Origin: Myxococcota bacterium
GTDB taxonomy: Bacteria > Myxococcota_A > UBA9160 > SZUA-336
Reading direction: 5' to 3'
DNA length: 64,000 nt
Assembly: GCA_965247115.1 (NCBI GenBank)
Contig: CBDFGR010000002.1
Coordinates: 512,001 to 576,000 of the forward strand
Part shown: positions 45,733-55,353 of the stretch, piece after piece
How the letters are laid out: each line of letters starts with the position of its first letter
How positions within the stretch are numbered: position 1 is the first letter of the stretch
The notes under the pieces: model-generated
Seen by the model: only the letters and a program-made list of their open reading frames with translations
What the model was told of the DNA's origin: nothing
Databases searched by the model: none
Program-made: the position numbers and the translations under genes

Positions 45733-48048
45733 ATGTCGGCACGTCTCCTCGCACTGATCTGCCTTCTGGCTGCGGGACCCGCGTACACGGCCGAGCAGAT
45801 CGACGACTGGCCTCGGGAGCACACGTACCTCGATGGCTCAAAGCTGGTCCTCTACCAGCCTCAGATCGAGAGCTGGGAGGACTACGAGCATCTCGAGGGC
45901 CGCCTGGCGCTGGCATTCGAGCCGGCTGGAGCGGAGAAACCTGCGCTCGGAGCGTTCGAGTTCGAGGTCGATTCCGAGACAGACCTGGAGAGCCGCCAGG
46001 TACGGCTCACGAATCTCCGGCTCCTGAACGGCCGCTTCCCCTCTCTGGACCCCTTGCAGTCGGAGGACCTGCGCACCAAGGTCGAGGCCGAATTCCCAGA
46101 GGAGACGGTGACGGAGCTCGACAGGATCCTGGCAGGGCTGGAGCGCGGCAAGGTCTATTCGGAGGAGGTCGACGTCAGGGAAGACCCGCCCAGGATCTTC
46201 AGCAGCGAGGAACCGGCAATCCTGGTGATCCTGGACGGAGAGCCGATCCTGAGCCCGATCGAAGGCAACGACCTGCAGTTCGCGGTCAACACGAACTGGG
46301 ATCTCTTCTTCTACCCCGACACCAAGACCTACTACCTGCGCAACGAGGAGAGCTGGCTCAAGGGGACGACCCTCGGTGGCACCTGGTCCCCGGCAGGAAA
46401 GCTCCCCAAGAGCTTCAAGAAGCTCTCGAAGAAGGATGAGAACTGGAAGGAGGTGCGCGAGCACGTCCCGGGCAAGAAGCTCGCGCCCGAAGATGTTCCC
46501 AGGGTCTTCGTGAGCGAGGTGCCGGCAGAGCTGATCCTGCTCGACGGGGAGCCCGAGATCGCGTTCATCACACCGAAGCTGCTCTGGGTCAAGAACACAG
46601 AGAGCGATCTCTTCCGGTCCAACAGCGACGGCAAGCTCTACTACCTGGTCTCGGGGCGCTGGTTCCGGGCCGAGAGCCTGGACGGCGAGTGGGCCTTCTG
46701 CAGCGCCGACCTCCCGGAGGACTTTGCCGAGATCCCTCCGGACCACGAGCGCGGCGATGTGCTGGCCGCTGTGCCGGGAACACCACAGGCCTACGAGGCC
46801 GTCGTTCTGGCGCACATCCCGAAGAAGGCGGAGGTCGAGCGCAGCGAGGTGAAGGCGACGGCAACCTACCAGGGCGAGCCCAAGTTCGAGAAGATCGAGG
46901 GCACGTCGATGTACTACGCGACGAACAGCCCGAACGACGTCATCAGGGTCGGCGATCTCTACTACATGTGCTTTCAGGCGGTCTGGTTCGTCTCCACCAG
47001 TCCACAAGGACCCTGGGAGGTGGCCGACAACGTCGCCCCCGAGATCTACACCATCCCCCCGAGCTCGCCGGTCTACCACACGACCTACGTCTACGTGTAC
47101 AGCTCCACCTCCACGCACGTGACCTACGGCTACACGTCGGGGTACGGGGGCGTCTACTACTCGTACGGCACCGTCGTCTACGGAACGGGCTGGTACTACC
47201 CGCCCTACGTCTACTACGGCGACTACTATCCGGTGTACTACAGCTACCCCTACAGCTACGGCGCCGGCACCTACTACAATCCCGACACCGGCACGTACGG
47301 GCGCGGCGCTGTAGCGTACGGACCCTACGGGGGAGCCGGCTGGGGCGCGGCATACAACCCGACGACCGGAACGTATGCACGAGGCGCCGCGGCCTACGGC
47401 CCGTACGGGTCGCGAAGCTTTGCAGAGGCGTACAACCCGCGCACCGGAACGTACGCGCAAACGCGCCAGGGCTCGAACGCCTACGCGAGCTGGGGGGCGA
47501 CCGGGGTCTCGCGCGGAAATGACTGGGTTCGCGGCGCGCACTACTCGGACTCTCGGGGCACGGTGGGCGGAATCCGAACCTCGGAAGGGACCGGCGCGAT
47601 CCGTGTCAGCGGCGAGGAGGGAAGCGGCTTCGTCGCGAAGGGCAAAGACAACGTGTACGCGGGAAAGGACGGCAACGTTTACCGCCGCACCGAGGACGGC
47701 TGGGAAAAACGGGAAGACGGCGAGTGGCAGTCGTCGGAGAGGCAGCGGGGCGAGGGCGACCGCACCCGCGAGCGGGAGCAAACCTCGGACCGGCAGGTTG
47801 ACCGACAACGCGACGCGCAGCCGGGGGACCGCCAGGCCTTCGACCGGCGCGATTCGAACCGTGACCTCAGCAGCATCACCCAGCCGCGCGACAGAAGCCG
47901 GGATACCTACCGACAGCTGGACCGGGATCGGCGCGGCCGCATGGAGGGCGGCCGCCGCTCCGCGAACTACGGCTCACGGCGCACTGGAGGGATGAGATCC
48001 GGCCGCGGTGGCATGGGACGCTCGAGAGGCGGGGGACGCCGGCGCTGA
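45733..48048 (+). CDS. Large secreted repeat protein with Tyr/Gly-rich repeats and Arg/Gly-rich tail
   Basis: Signal peptide; three similar ..NT..DLF/V...YY....W...L.G.W modules; three YNPxTGTY repeats. Confidence 0.8.
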   Translation: MSARLLALICLLAAGPAYTAEQIDDWPREHTYLDGSKLVLYQPQIESWEDYEHLEGRLALAFEPAGAEKPALGAFEFEVDSETDLESRQVRLTNLRLLNGRFPSLDPLQSEDLRTKVEAEFPEETVTELDRILAGLERGKVYSEEVDVREDPPRIFSSEEPAILVILDGEPILSPIEGNDLQFAVNTNWDLFFYPDTKTYYLRNEESWLKGTTLGGTWSPAGKLPKSFKKLSKKDENWKEVREHVPGKKLAPEDVPRVFVSEVPAELILLDGEPEIAFITPKLLWVKNTESDLFRSNSDGKLYYLVSGRWFRAESLDGEWAFCSADLPEDFAEIPPDHERGDVLAAVPGTPQAYEAVVLAHIPKKAEVERSEVKATATYQGEPKFEKIEGTSMYYATNSPNDVIRVGDLYYMCFQAVWFVSTSPQGPWEVADNVAPEIYTIPPSSPVYHTTYVYVYSSTSTHVTYGYTSGYGGVYYSYGTVVYGTGWYYPPYVYYGDYYPVYYSYPYSYGAGTYYNPDTGTYGRGAVAYGPYGGAGWGAAYNPTTGTYARGAAAYGPYGSRSFAEAYNPRTGTYAQTRQGSNAYASWGATGVSRGNDWVRGAHYSDSRGTVGGIRTSEGTGAIRVSGEEGSGFVAKGKDNVYAGKDGNVYRRTEDGWEKREDGEWQSSERQRGEGDRTREREQTSDRQVDRQRDAQPGDRQAFDRRDSNRDLSSITQPRDRSRDTYRQLDRDRRGRMEGGRRSANYGSRRTGGMRSGRGGMGRSRGGGRRR

Positions 48049-48106
48049 GGACCCCCTGGGCCTGGCGGCGGGGCGGCCCGTAGCGCTCGAGCGAGCCTGA
48101 TTCGGG

Positions 48107-48523
48107 CTAGTCCTGCTTGAACTTCTCGTCTGCGGCGAGGCGTTTGCCGAGCGCCTGGATGCGAGCACGGATCGCCGGCGAGAGGCTCATGCCGGCCGCC
48201 TCTGGCCCGGAGGCGTTGAGGACGTCGACGTGCTCCGAAGCTGCCGCCCCCCGCTCCTTCATGATCGCCATGACGATGCCGAGGATCTCCTTCTGCGCGT
48301 ACGGGGGCATGCTCGCAAGCTGCTGGTTCGCGATTCTGCCCTGCTCGCTCTGGCCAGCGGCGGCCTGGCGGGCGACGTCGTTCATGAGCAGCATTTGAAG
48401 CTGCATGAGAGCCGCCTGATCGTGGCGATCCTCCGCGTTCGCGACACCGGGAGCGAGCGGGGCGAGCGTCAAGCTCGCGGTGACACCGATCGCCAGAGCC
48501 GTTCGAGTCACCCATCTGCTCAT
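48107..48523 (-). CDS. Small secreted hypothetical protein
   Basis: AGGAG RBS; signal peptide ending ANA; helical body. Confidence 0.65.
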   Translation of the reverse strand: MSRWVTRTALAIGVTASLTLAPLAPGVANAEDRHDQAALMQLQMLLMNDVARQAAAGQSEQGRIANQQLASMPPYAQKEILGIVMAIMKERGAAASEHVDVLNASGPEAAGMSLSPAIRARIQALGKRLAADEKFKQD

Positions 48524-48611
48524 CGTGACTCTCCTTCGTCCAGAGCGGTCTACGTCGAGACAGCTGGCTACAGCGATCCCCTCTAACCGTCGGTTCCGAC
48601 AGGGCAATCCT

Positions 48612-49226
48612 TTAGCCGTGCGACAGGAGGTCGGTCGACGCGAGCCGCACCAGCTCGTAGAGGCCAGGCGTCAATGCTCGGACGGTGGTAATGCTGCACT
48701 CCCGCATCACATCACCGCTGTACGGGCGCCGAGCGAAGCCCGCGTTCGCGCCTTCTAGCTCCTCCAGAGAGAAGATGTTCCGCAGGAAGTCGGCCAGCAC
48801 GCCGCCATGCGTCACCGCTACGACGAGACCGTCGCTTTCCTGCTCGCAGATCAACCGCACGAATCGCTCGAGTCGGCGACCCGCCTCGATGGAGGAGTCC
48901 CCCACCGCGGGAACGAAGGCTCGCTCGCGGTTGCACCGGCTCCACATCGCAACGAAGTCAGCCTTGGTCTGGTCGGGTAGATCGCCCCAGCTCGCACGCT
49001 CGCGCAGAAGGGAACATTGAGAGCTCGGGAGGCCGTGGGGGTTTGCGATGATCTCGGCGGTCTTCAAGGCACAGAGCAAGGGACTCGTGTAGACCTTCGT
49101 GATCGTCCTGTTCGCCAGTGCAACCGCTGCCTTCTGCGCCTGCGCGCGGCCCTCCACGGTGAGCGGAGAATCTCCGGGACCCCTCTCCTCCCTTCTGCCG
49201 TGCCGAACGAAGTGGAACGTCGTCAT
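48612..49226 (-). CDS. Histidine phosphatase family protein
   Basis: FVRHG, PLT..G..QA, SPL, LRE, VTHGG. Confidence 0.82.
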   Translation of the reverse strand: MTTFHFVRHGRREERGPGDSPLTVEGRAQAQKAAVALANRTITKVYTSPLLCALKTAEIIANPHGLPSSQCSLLRERASWGDLPDQTKADFVAMWSRCNRERAFVPAVGDSSIEAGRRLERFVRLICEQESDGLVVAVTHGGVLADFLRNIFSLEELEGANAGFARRPYSGDVMRECSITTVRALTPGLYELVRLASTDLLSHG

Positions 49227-49309
49227 GTCGGCAAACACGCAGGTGAGTTGTACGGCGGCTCCTGCGCTGTCGTATGCTGGGTCCTCATCGCTCGAGGATA
49301 GCCCGACAC

Positions 49310-50089
49310 ATGGAACTCGAAAGGAAAGTCAGCGTCATCACCGGCGCGGCGAGCGGCATCGGCGCGGCCACGGCTCGGGCATTTGCCAAGCAGGGGGCCA
49401 GGGTCGTCGTGGCGGATCGGAACGCCGAGGGAGCCACAGCGGTCGCCAGCGAGATCGGCGGGCTCGCGGTGGCCTGCGACGTCGGGCAAGAGGCCGACAT
49501 CGACCGCCTGGTCGCCCGGACCCAGGACGAGTACGGCCCGGTCGACGTCTTCTTCAGCAACGCAGGGATCGGGACGGGAGGCAATCCACTCGATACCGAG
49601 CTCCCCGTCTGGCAGCACCAGTGGGAAGTCAACCTGATGGCCCACGTGTACGCGGTGCGCGCCGTGCTTCCCTCCATGCTCGAGCGCGGCTCGGGCTACC
49701 TGCTCCACACGGCCTCGATGGCCGGCGTCCTCACCTCGCACGGCAACCTGACGTACGCCGTGACCAAGCACGCGGTCGTGGGGCTCGCCGAGTGGCTGTC
49801 GATCACCTACCACGACAAGGGCATCCGCACCTCTCTTCTAGCACCGCTCGGTGTACGGACGCCGATGCTGGGTGATTCGAGCTCTGAATGGACGCGCAGC
49901 GCGGCAGGTCCGATCAAGGAGCCGGAGGAGGTCGGGGACATGGTGGTCGAAGCCATCCTCGAGGAGCGCTTCCTGATCCTGACCGACCCCATCGCCCAGA
50001 AGTGGATGGAGTACAAGACCCTCGACCCCGAGCGCTGGCTGCGGGGAATGCGCCGCTTGCAGGCGAGGATCGACGCCGAGCGGGGTTAG
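49310..50089 (+). CDS. SDR family oxidoreductase
   Basis: TGAASGIG, SNAG, YAVTK. Confidence 0.92.
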   Translation: MELERKVSVITGAASGIGAATARAFAKQGARVVVADRNAEGATAVASEIGGLAVACDVGQEADIDRLVARTQDEYGPVDVFFSNAGIGTGGNPLDTELPVWQHQWEVNLMAHVYAVRAVLPSMLERGSGYLLHTASMAGVLTSHGNLTYAVTKHAVVGLAEWLSITYHDKGIRTSLLAPLGVRTPMLGDSSSEWTRSAAGPIKEPEEVGDMVVEAILEERFLILTDPIAQKWMEYKTLDPERWLRGMRRLQARIDAERG

Positions 50090-53000
50090 GAGTGGGTGCT
50101 CTCCAGGCGCTCGGCATGCGCGGTCGCGCCGAGCTCCTGGTAGAGCCGCTGTGCCTCGCGTAGCTCGCGCTCGGAGTCGGCAGCGCCCCGAGTACGCAAC
50201 AAGCGCGCGAATTCCTCGCGAACGAAGGGCATGAAGATGTGAGCGCCGCTCTCAGCGATGGCGGTTCTGGCCTGCCGAAGCTGTGACTCGATCTCGGACG
50301 CCGCGGTACGTCCATCCGTTGTCAGCAGGACGCGGGCCAAGACGATGCGAGGTTCGATGCTCCACTTGGTCTGCACTCGTTCCTCGAGTCGGTCGGTGGC
50401 CCGCTCGGCCATCGCTCTGGCCTTGTCGAGATCGTCGCGCAGCAGGTACGCCTGTGCGAGCTGTCCCTGCCGGAGCGCCTCGAACTCCTGAAAGACCTGC
50501 TCTCTCGTACCGAGCTCGAGCGCCTCTGTCAGTGTCTGGATGGCGAGGTCCGCCTGCCCCTCCAGAAGCTGAGCTCCGCCAACCCAGCCGAGAGCGGCCA
50601 CACGCCCGCCCACGTTCCCGGTCCTCTCGGCGTTCCTCAGTCCTTCCTGGCTGTAGGAGAGCGCGCGGGGTCGGTCGCCCATCAGGATCGCAAACCTCGC
50701 GCAGGTGCCCCTCGCTTGCCCCGCAGCGCGCTCCCCCGGTCGGGCGAGCCTAAGCACCTGCTCCAGCTCTTCGAGTCCCTCGCGAGGACTCCCGTGCAGA
50801 CACAGATACCAGCCCCGCAGGTATCTCAGGATCAGGTAGGGGTCCTCGCCGCGCGGATCGGTCCGGTCTCGCGGATCCGTCGGGAGTCGGGCCAGTGCAC
50901 CCTCGAGCGTCTCCAGCGAGTCCTGCAAGCGCAGCTGGTTGGCCGCCACGATACAGGCCGTCGAGGCCGAGACGCCCGGCTCGTCGAGCTGCGCGGCGAT
51001 GGGCAAGATCGACTGCACCTGAGCTTGCGCCCCCTTGGGACGACCGCGATCGATGAGCCTGTAGTAGTAGCCGGTCTCGAGTCGCCACTGCGCCGGCAGG
51101 TCGCCTCGCCTGCGCGCCAGCAGCTTCGCGTCCGCGTAGAGCCGCTCCGTCTCTTCTGGCGATATTCCGATGCGGAAGCTGTACGAGACGATCTGCGTCT
51201 GGGCCTCCAGAGCCAGCGCCTCGGTCTCCGTCGACTCCGGCACATCTCTAAGGAGGTCGAGGACGGACCTCCAGTGCTGGGCCGTCTCCGACACCGTTCT
51301 CCAGCCGATCCAGTCCGCTGCCCGTCGATGCCAGCGGGCCGCCTCGAGCGGTGTGCCCGATCGCTCCCAGTGCTGTGCGATCAGAGCGGCTTGCTCGTCG
51401 CGGGTCTCGGCGCTGTACGCTTGGAGCGCTCGCGCGACTCCCGCATGGATGGGGCGCCTCTTCTCCAGGAGCTGCGACTCGAAGGCGACCTGCTCGGTCA
51501 GTGGGTGTCGAAAGGCGTACTCCGTATCGGGGTAGAGCGCCCGCTCGTACAAGAAGTTGGTCGCCTTCAAGGTCTCGAGTGCAGCTCCCAGCTCGCTGGC
51601 GGGAAGGGTCGACACCGCCGCGAGGATGGGCTCGGTGAACACGCGCCCGATGACCGCTGCCGTCTGCAACACTTGCTTCTCGCGGTCGGGCAAGCGATCG
51701 ATGCGCGCGGCCAGCACCGCCTGCACCGTCGCGGGCACTTCGAGACGCTCCACAGGAGTCACGAGCCGGTATGCACCATCCGAACCTTCGAGCTGCTTGG
51801 AGTCCGCTAGCGAGCGCACGAGCTCCTCGGTAAAGAAGGGATTCCCCTCGGTCCGCTCGTGAACGAGCGCGGGCAGCGCCTGTAGGGAAGCGTCGTTGCC
51901 GAGAAGATCGCTCAGCAGCTCGGCGACGGCCTGCGGCGAGAGCGGTACCAGGGGAAGCTGCTGGTAGCTAGCGCCAGACATCCACTCCGCGCCGTACTCG
52001 GGACGGAAGTTCACGAGCAGCAGGATCCTGGTCCCGCTCACGGCCTCGACGATCTGCGCCAGAAAAGCGTCGCTCGCCGAGTCGATCCAGTGCAGATCGT
52101 CGAAGAAGAGGACGATCGGCTCGCGCTCGCTCAGCGCTTGCACCAGACGCCGGACGAAGGTGAAGCTCTGCCGTTGCTGCGCGCCAGGGTTCTCGGGATC
52201 GTCCCGCAGGACCGCGCGTTCGGGCTCGCGAACCCCAAGGAATCCGAACACCAGCGGCAGTCGCTCCTGGAACTGCGGGTCCAGAAGCACGAGTCTCCCC
52301 GCGATCTTCTCGCGGGCTGCGGACGGATCGTCGTGCTCCTCGATCCCGATGATGCCGCGCAGGAGCTGCAGCAGAGGCAGAAACGGAACGGTCTTTCCGT
52401 GGGACGGACAGTGGGCGGAGTAGACGGCGATTCCCTTTGCGCGGCAGGTGCGCACGAACTCGTCGCAGAGCCGACTCTTGCCCAGTCCGGCCTCGCCGCG
52501 CACACCCACGACCCGGCCCTGGCCTTCTATCGCCCGCTGGAGCGCCGCATCCAGCGTGGCCATCTCCTCGTCGCGCCCCACGAAGCGCGAGAAGCCGCGG
52601 GAACGAGCGAGGTCGAGCCGGGTTCGCGCCTCGCCCACGCCCTCGAGCTCGTAGATCGCGAGCGCGTCGTCCGTCCCTGCGAGCTTTGACTTGCCAAGGT
52701 CGCGCAGCTCGAAGAAACCCTCGACGAGCCTGGCGGTGTGCTGCGTCAGGTAGACGCGTCCGGGCTCCGCGAGACGCTCGACGCGGGCGGCCAGTCCGAC
52801 CGTGTGTCCCTGCGCAGTGTAGTCCATGCGCAGGTCGTCCCCGATCTTTCCCACCACGACCTCACCGGAGTTGAGTCCGACTCGCACCGCGAAGCTGAGC
52901 CCTCGCTCGACGCGCAGCTCGTCGGCGTAGCGCCGCAGCTCGGCGCGCAGATGGAGCGACGCGTAGCAGGCCCGCTGCGCGTGATCCTCGTGGGCGATGG

Positions 53001-53442
53001 GCGCGCCGAAGAGCGCCATGATGCCGTCGCCCGTGTACTGATTCACGCTCCCCTCGAAGCGGTGCACGCCGTCGGTCAGGATCTGGAAGAAGCGGTCGAG
53101 AATCACGTGCCACTGCTCTGGATCGACCTGGCCCGACAGCTCGACCGAGCCCTTCACGTCTGCGAAGAGCACCGTCACCTGTTTGCGCTCGCCCTCGAGT
53201 GCGGACTTGGACTGGAGGATCTTGTCGGCGAGGTGCCTCGGCGTGTATGCGCGAGGGTCGCGTTCGGGCCCTGACGAGGCTGCACCGGTCAGCGGGCGTG
53301 CACACTCACCGCAGAACTTGAAACCTGGCGGGTTCTCGAAGCCGCAGCCGGGACAGCCCGCCAGGGCCTGAAGCGGCTGCGCACAGTTCCCGCAGAACTT
53401 GATTCCAGCAGGATTCTCGAAGCCGCAGGCCGGGCAGCTCAC
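50086..53442 (-). CDS. Double zinc ribbon + class III nucleotide cyclase + STAND/AAA ATPase + TPR-like protein
   Basis: CxxC-x10-CxxC twice; LFADVKGS, GDG, AAR; FVGR..E, GEAGLGKS, FDDLHWID, EGNPFF, ARIDRL. Confidence 0.92.
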   Translation of the reverse strand: MSCPACGFENPAGIKFCGNCAQPLQALAGCPGCGFENPPGFKFCGECARPLTGAASSGPERDPRAYTPRHLADKILQSKSALEGERKQVTVLFADVKGSVELSGQVDPEQWHVILDRFFQILTDGVHRFEGSVNQYTGDGIMALFGAPIAHEDHAQRACYASLHLRAELRRYADELRVERGLSFAVRVGLNSGEVVVGKIGDDLRMDYTAQGHTVGLAARVERLAEPGRVYLTQHTARLVEGFFELRDLGKSKLAGTDDALAIYELEGVGEARTRLDLARSRGFSRFVGRDEEMATLDAALQRAIEGQGRVVGVRGEAGLGKSRLCDEFVRTCRAKGIAVYSAHCPSHGKTVPFLPLLQLLRGIIGIEEHDDPSAAREKIAGRLVLLDPQFQERLPLVFGFLGVREPERAVLRDDPENPGAQQRQSFTFVRRLVQALSEREPIVLFFDDLHWIDSASDAFLAQIVEAVSGTRILLLVNFRPEYGAEWMSGASYQQLPLVPLSPQAVAELLSDLLGNDASLQALPALVHERTEGNPFFTEELVRSLADSKQLEGSDGAYRLVTPVERLEVPATVQAVLAARIDRLPDREKQVLQTAAVIGRVFTEPILAAVSTLPASELGAALETLKATNFLYERALYPDTEYAFRHPLTEQVAFESQLLEKRRPIHAGVARALQAYSAETRDEQAALIAQHWERSGTPLEAARWHRRAADWIGWRTVSETAQHWRSVLDLLRDVPESTETEALALEAQTQIVSYSFRIGISPEETERLYADAKLLARRRGDLPAQWRLETGYYYRLIDRGRPKGAQAQVQSILPIAAQLDEPGVSASTACIVAANQLRLQDSLETLEGALARLPTDPRDRTDPRGEDPYLILRYLRGWYLCLHGSPREGLEELEQVLRLARPGERAAGQARGTCARFAILMGDRPRALSYSQEGLRNAERTGNVGGRVAALGWVGGAQLLEGQADLAIQTLTEALELGTREQVFQEFEALRQGQLAQAYLLRDDLDKARAMAERATDRLEERVQTKWSIEPRIVLARVLLTTDGRTAASEIESQLRQARTAIAESGAHIFMPFVREEFARLLRTRGAADSERELREAQRLYQELGATAHAERLESTHS

Positions 53443-53482
53443 AGCTCGAGCTCTCGCATCACCCGCTCAGCCCTCGAGCTGT

Positions 53483-53869
53483 CTAGAGATAGGTCGCGAT
53501 CGCCCAGATTGCGGCGACCAGGACGACGAGCGAGGTAGCGCCCGCACCGATTGCCCGGAGTGGGGGGGCCGTGGTATCGGGCTTCAGTCCCAGAGGATGG
53601 GCGATGCGTGCCAGGAGAAGCGTCGCCCCGAAGACGTGGAGCGCCGTGCCCGAGACGCCGTTCAGCTCGAGGACGCCGATCAGGATGAGCGCGAGCGGAA
53701 CCCACTCGGAGAAGTTTCCGTGGCGACGAAAGGCCACAAGCTGCTGGGGGTTGTCTCCAGCTCCCAGCGAGACTCCTGTCTTTACCCGCAGAAAGCCGGA
53801 ACCAGCTGCCAGGACCAGTCCGACCAGTGCGAGAAGGCCGGCATAGAGAGCCGTGATCGGCACGAGCAT
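53483..53869 (-). CDS. MAPEG family membrane protein
   Basis: ITALYAG, R.HGNF.EWVP, ARIAH; GGAGG RBS. Confidence 0.88.
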   Translation of the reverse strand: MLVPITALYAGLLALVGLVLAAGSGFLRVKTGVSLGAGDNPQQLVAFRRHGNFSEWVPLALILIGVLELNGVSGTALHVFGATLLLARIAHPLGLKPDTTAPPLRAIGAGATSLVVLVAAIWAIATYL

Positions 53870-54042
53870 GAGATCCTCCTCCAGACGTATCCGGTAGTTG
53901 CCGAGCGATCCTCGTCGGGCTCAATTGTGACACGAATCCTGGCAGGTGAGCTGCGAAGCGGGGAGCACAGCAACGCGCGCGCAGAGCTCTCGCCCTTTGG
54001 CGGGCTCGGGGTAGAATCTCGTGCACATCAGGGAGGTGCCTC

Positions 54043-55314
54043 ATGCCTGAGCCGCTCGAGGGGCTTCGCGTAGTCGAGCTGGGAACCGCGCTCCAGGGAC
54101 CCGCCGCGGCCCTGTTCCTGTCCGACATGGGGGCGGAGGTCATCAAGATCGAGCCGCCCACCGGAGAGGCAAGTCGGGTGCATCGCGGAGCGAACGTGCC
54201 GTTTCCCCAGGAAGCGCACAGCTCGTTGTTCGTGGCCGCAAATCGCGGCAAGAAGTCGCTCTGGCTGGACGCGAACGGCGAGCGCGGTCGCGCGACCCTA
54301 TACCGACTGCTCGAGACGGCCGACGTGTTCGTGTCCAACTACCGGCAGTCCGCCCTGGATCGTATGGGCTACGGCTACGAGACCCTGCGCGAGCTCAACC
54401 CGCGGCTGATCTACTCGGTGGTGAACGGCTTCGGGCCAAACGGCGCGTTGGTCGACAAGGCGATGGTGGATGGAGCTGCACAGGCGCGGGGCGGGCTCAT
54501 GAGCCTGACGGGTCGTCCAGACGGAGGGCCCACGATCGCGGGCGCGGCGATCGCGGACACCTCGGGCGCCATGCAGTTCGCCCTGGGGATCATGACGGCG
54601 CTGGTCGCGCGCGAGCGCCATGGCGTGGGGCAGAAGGTGAACACGTCCGGCTACGGCGCGCAGATCTGGCTGCAGATGTGGGAGCTCACGCACTCGTCCA
54701 TGACGGGCAAGGCGCTCTCGCGAGACGGCGACCACCTCATGAACATCCCTGGCATGTACGGCATCTACGAGACGAAGGGTGGAGAGTTCCTGTTCCTGGC
54801 CTTCCCGCTCGACAAAGCCTCGTGGCTGGCGCTGTGTGGCTTCCTCGACGAGCCTGAGCTCGCTGCCGATCCGCGCTGGCACAGCACGGCGCTGCGTATC
54901 GGCATGTCCGATCCGGACGAGCACTACGACCATCTGCGGGAGAGGCTCACGGCGGCTTTCCTCCGCAAGCCCATGAAGGAGTGCGAGGAGTTCCTCGACT
55001 CCGAGCCCGAAGTCATCTGGAACCGGGTGCTCGGGCACGACGAGGTCATCAACGACCCCCAGGCCCTCGCCAACGACTACTTCGTCGACATGGAGATCTC
55101 CGGGGTGGGCCCGACCCGGGTCGTGGGCAACCTGGTCCACCTGAGCGAGACGCCGGGATCCGCGAAGGGACCCAGCTCCGAACAGGGGCAGCACACCGAG
55201 GAGATCCTGCTCGAGCTCGGCTACTCGTGGGACGAGATCACGGCCCTGAACGAGGAGACACAGGCGGGCATACGCCGCGCCTTCGTCAAGGCCGGCATCG
55301 AGCCTCCCGCCTGA
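54043..55314 (+). CDS. Class III CoA-transferase
   Basis: PLEGLRVVE, GAEVIKIEPP, NRGKKS, IADTSGA, GQHTEEIL. Confidence 0.92.
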   Translation: MPEPLEGLRVVELGTALQGPAAALFLSDMGAEVIKIEPPTGEASRVHRGANVPFPQEAHSSLFVAANRGKKSLWLDANGERGRATLYRLLETADVFVSNYRQSALDRMGYGYETLRELNPRLIYSVVNGFGPNGALVDKAMVDGAAQARGGLMSLTGRPDGGPTIAGAAIADTSGAMQFALGIMTALVARERHGVGQKVNTSGYGAQIWLQMWELTHSSMTGKALSRDGDHLMNIPGMYGIYETKGGEFLFLAFPLDKASWLALCGFLDEPELAADPRWHSTALRIGMSDPDEHYDHLRERLTAAFLRKPMKECEEFLDSEPEVIWNRVLGHDEVINDPQALANDYFVDMEISGVGPTRVVGNLVHLSETPGSAKGPSSEQGQHTEEILLELGYSWDEITALNEETQAGIRRAFVKAGIEPPA

Positions 55315-55353
55315 TACTCGCCAGCGCGAAGTGCGAGCGCAGCGAGGACCGGG

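Noticed and set aside
37166..55344. Shared intergenic 12-mer GCGAGCGCAGCG (37166-37177 and 55333-55344) as a REP family
   Set aside because: Only two short GC-rich copies; chance cannot be excluded without the whole genome.
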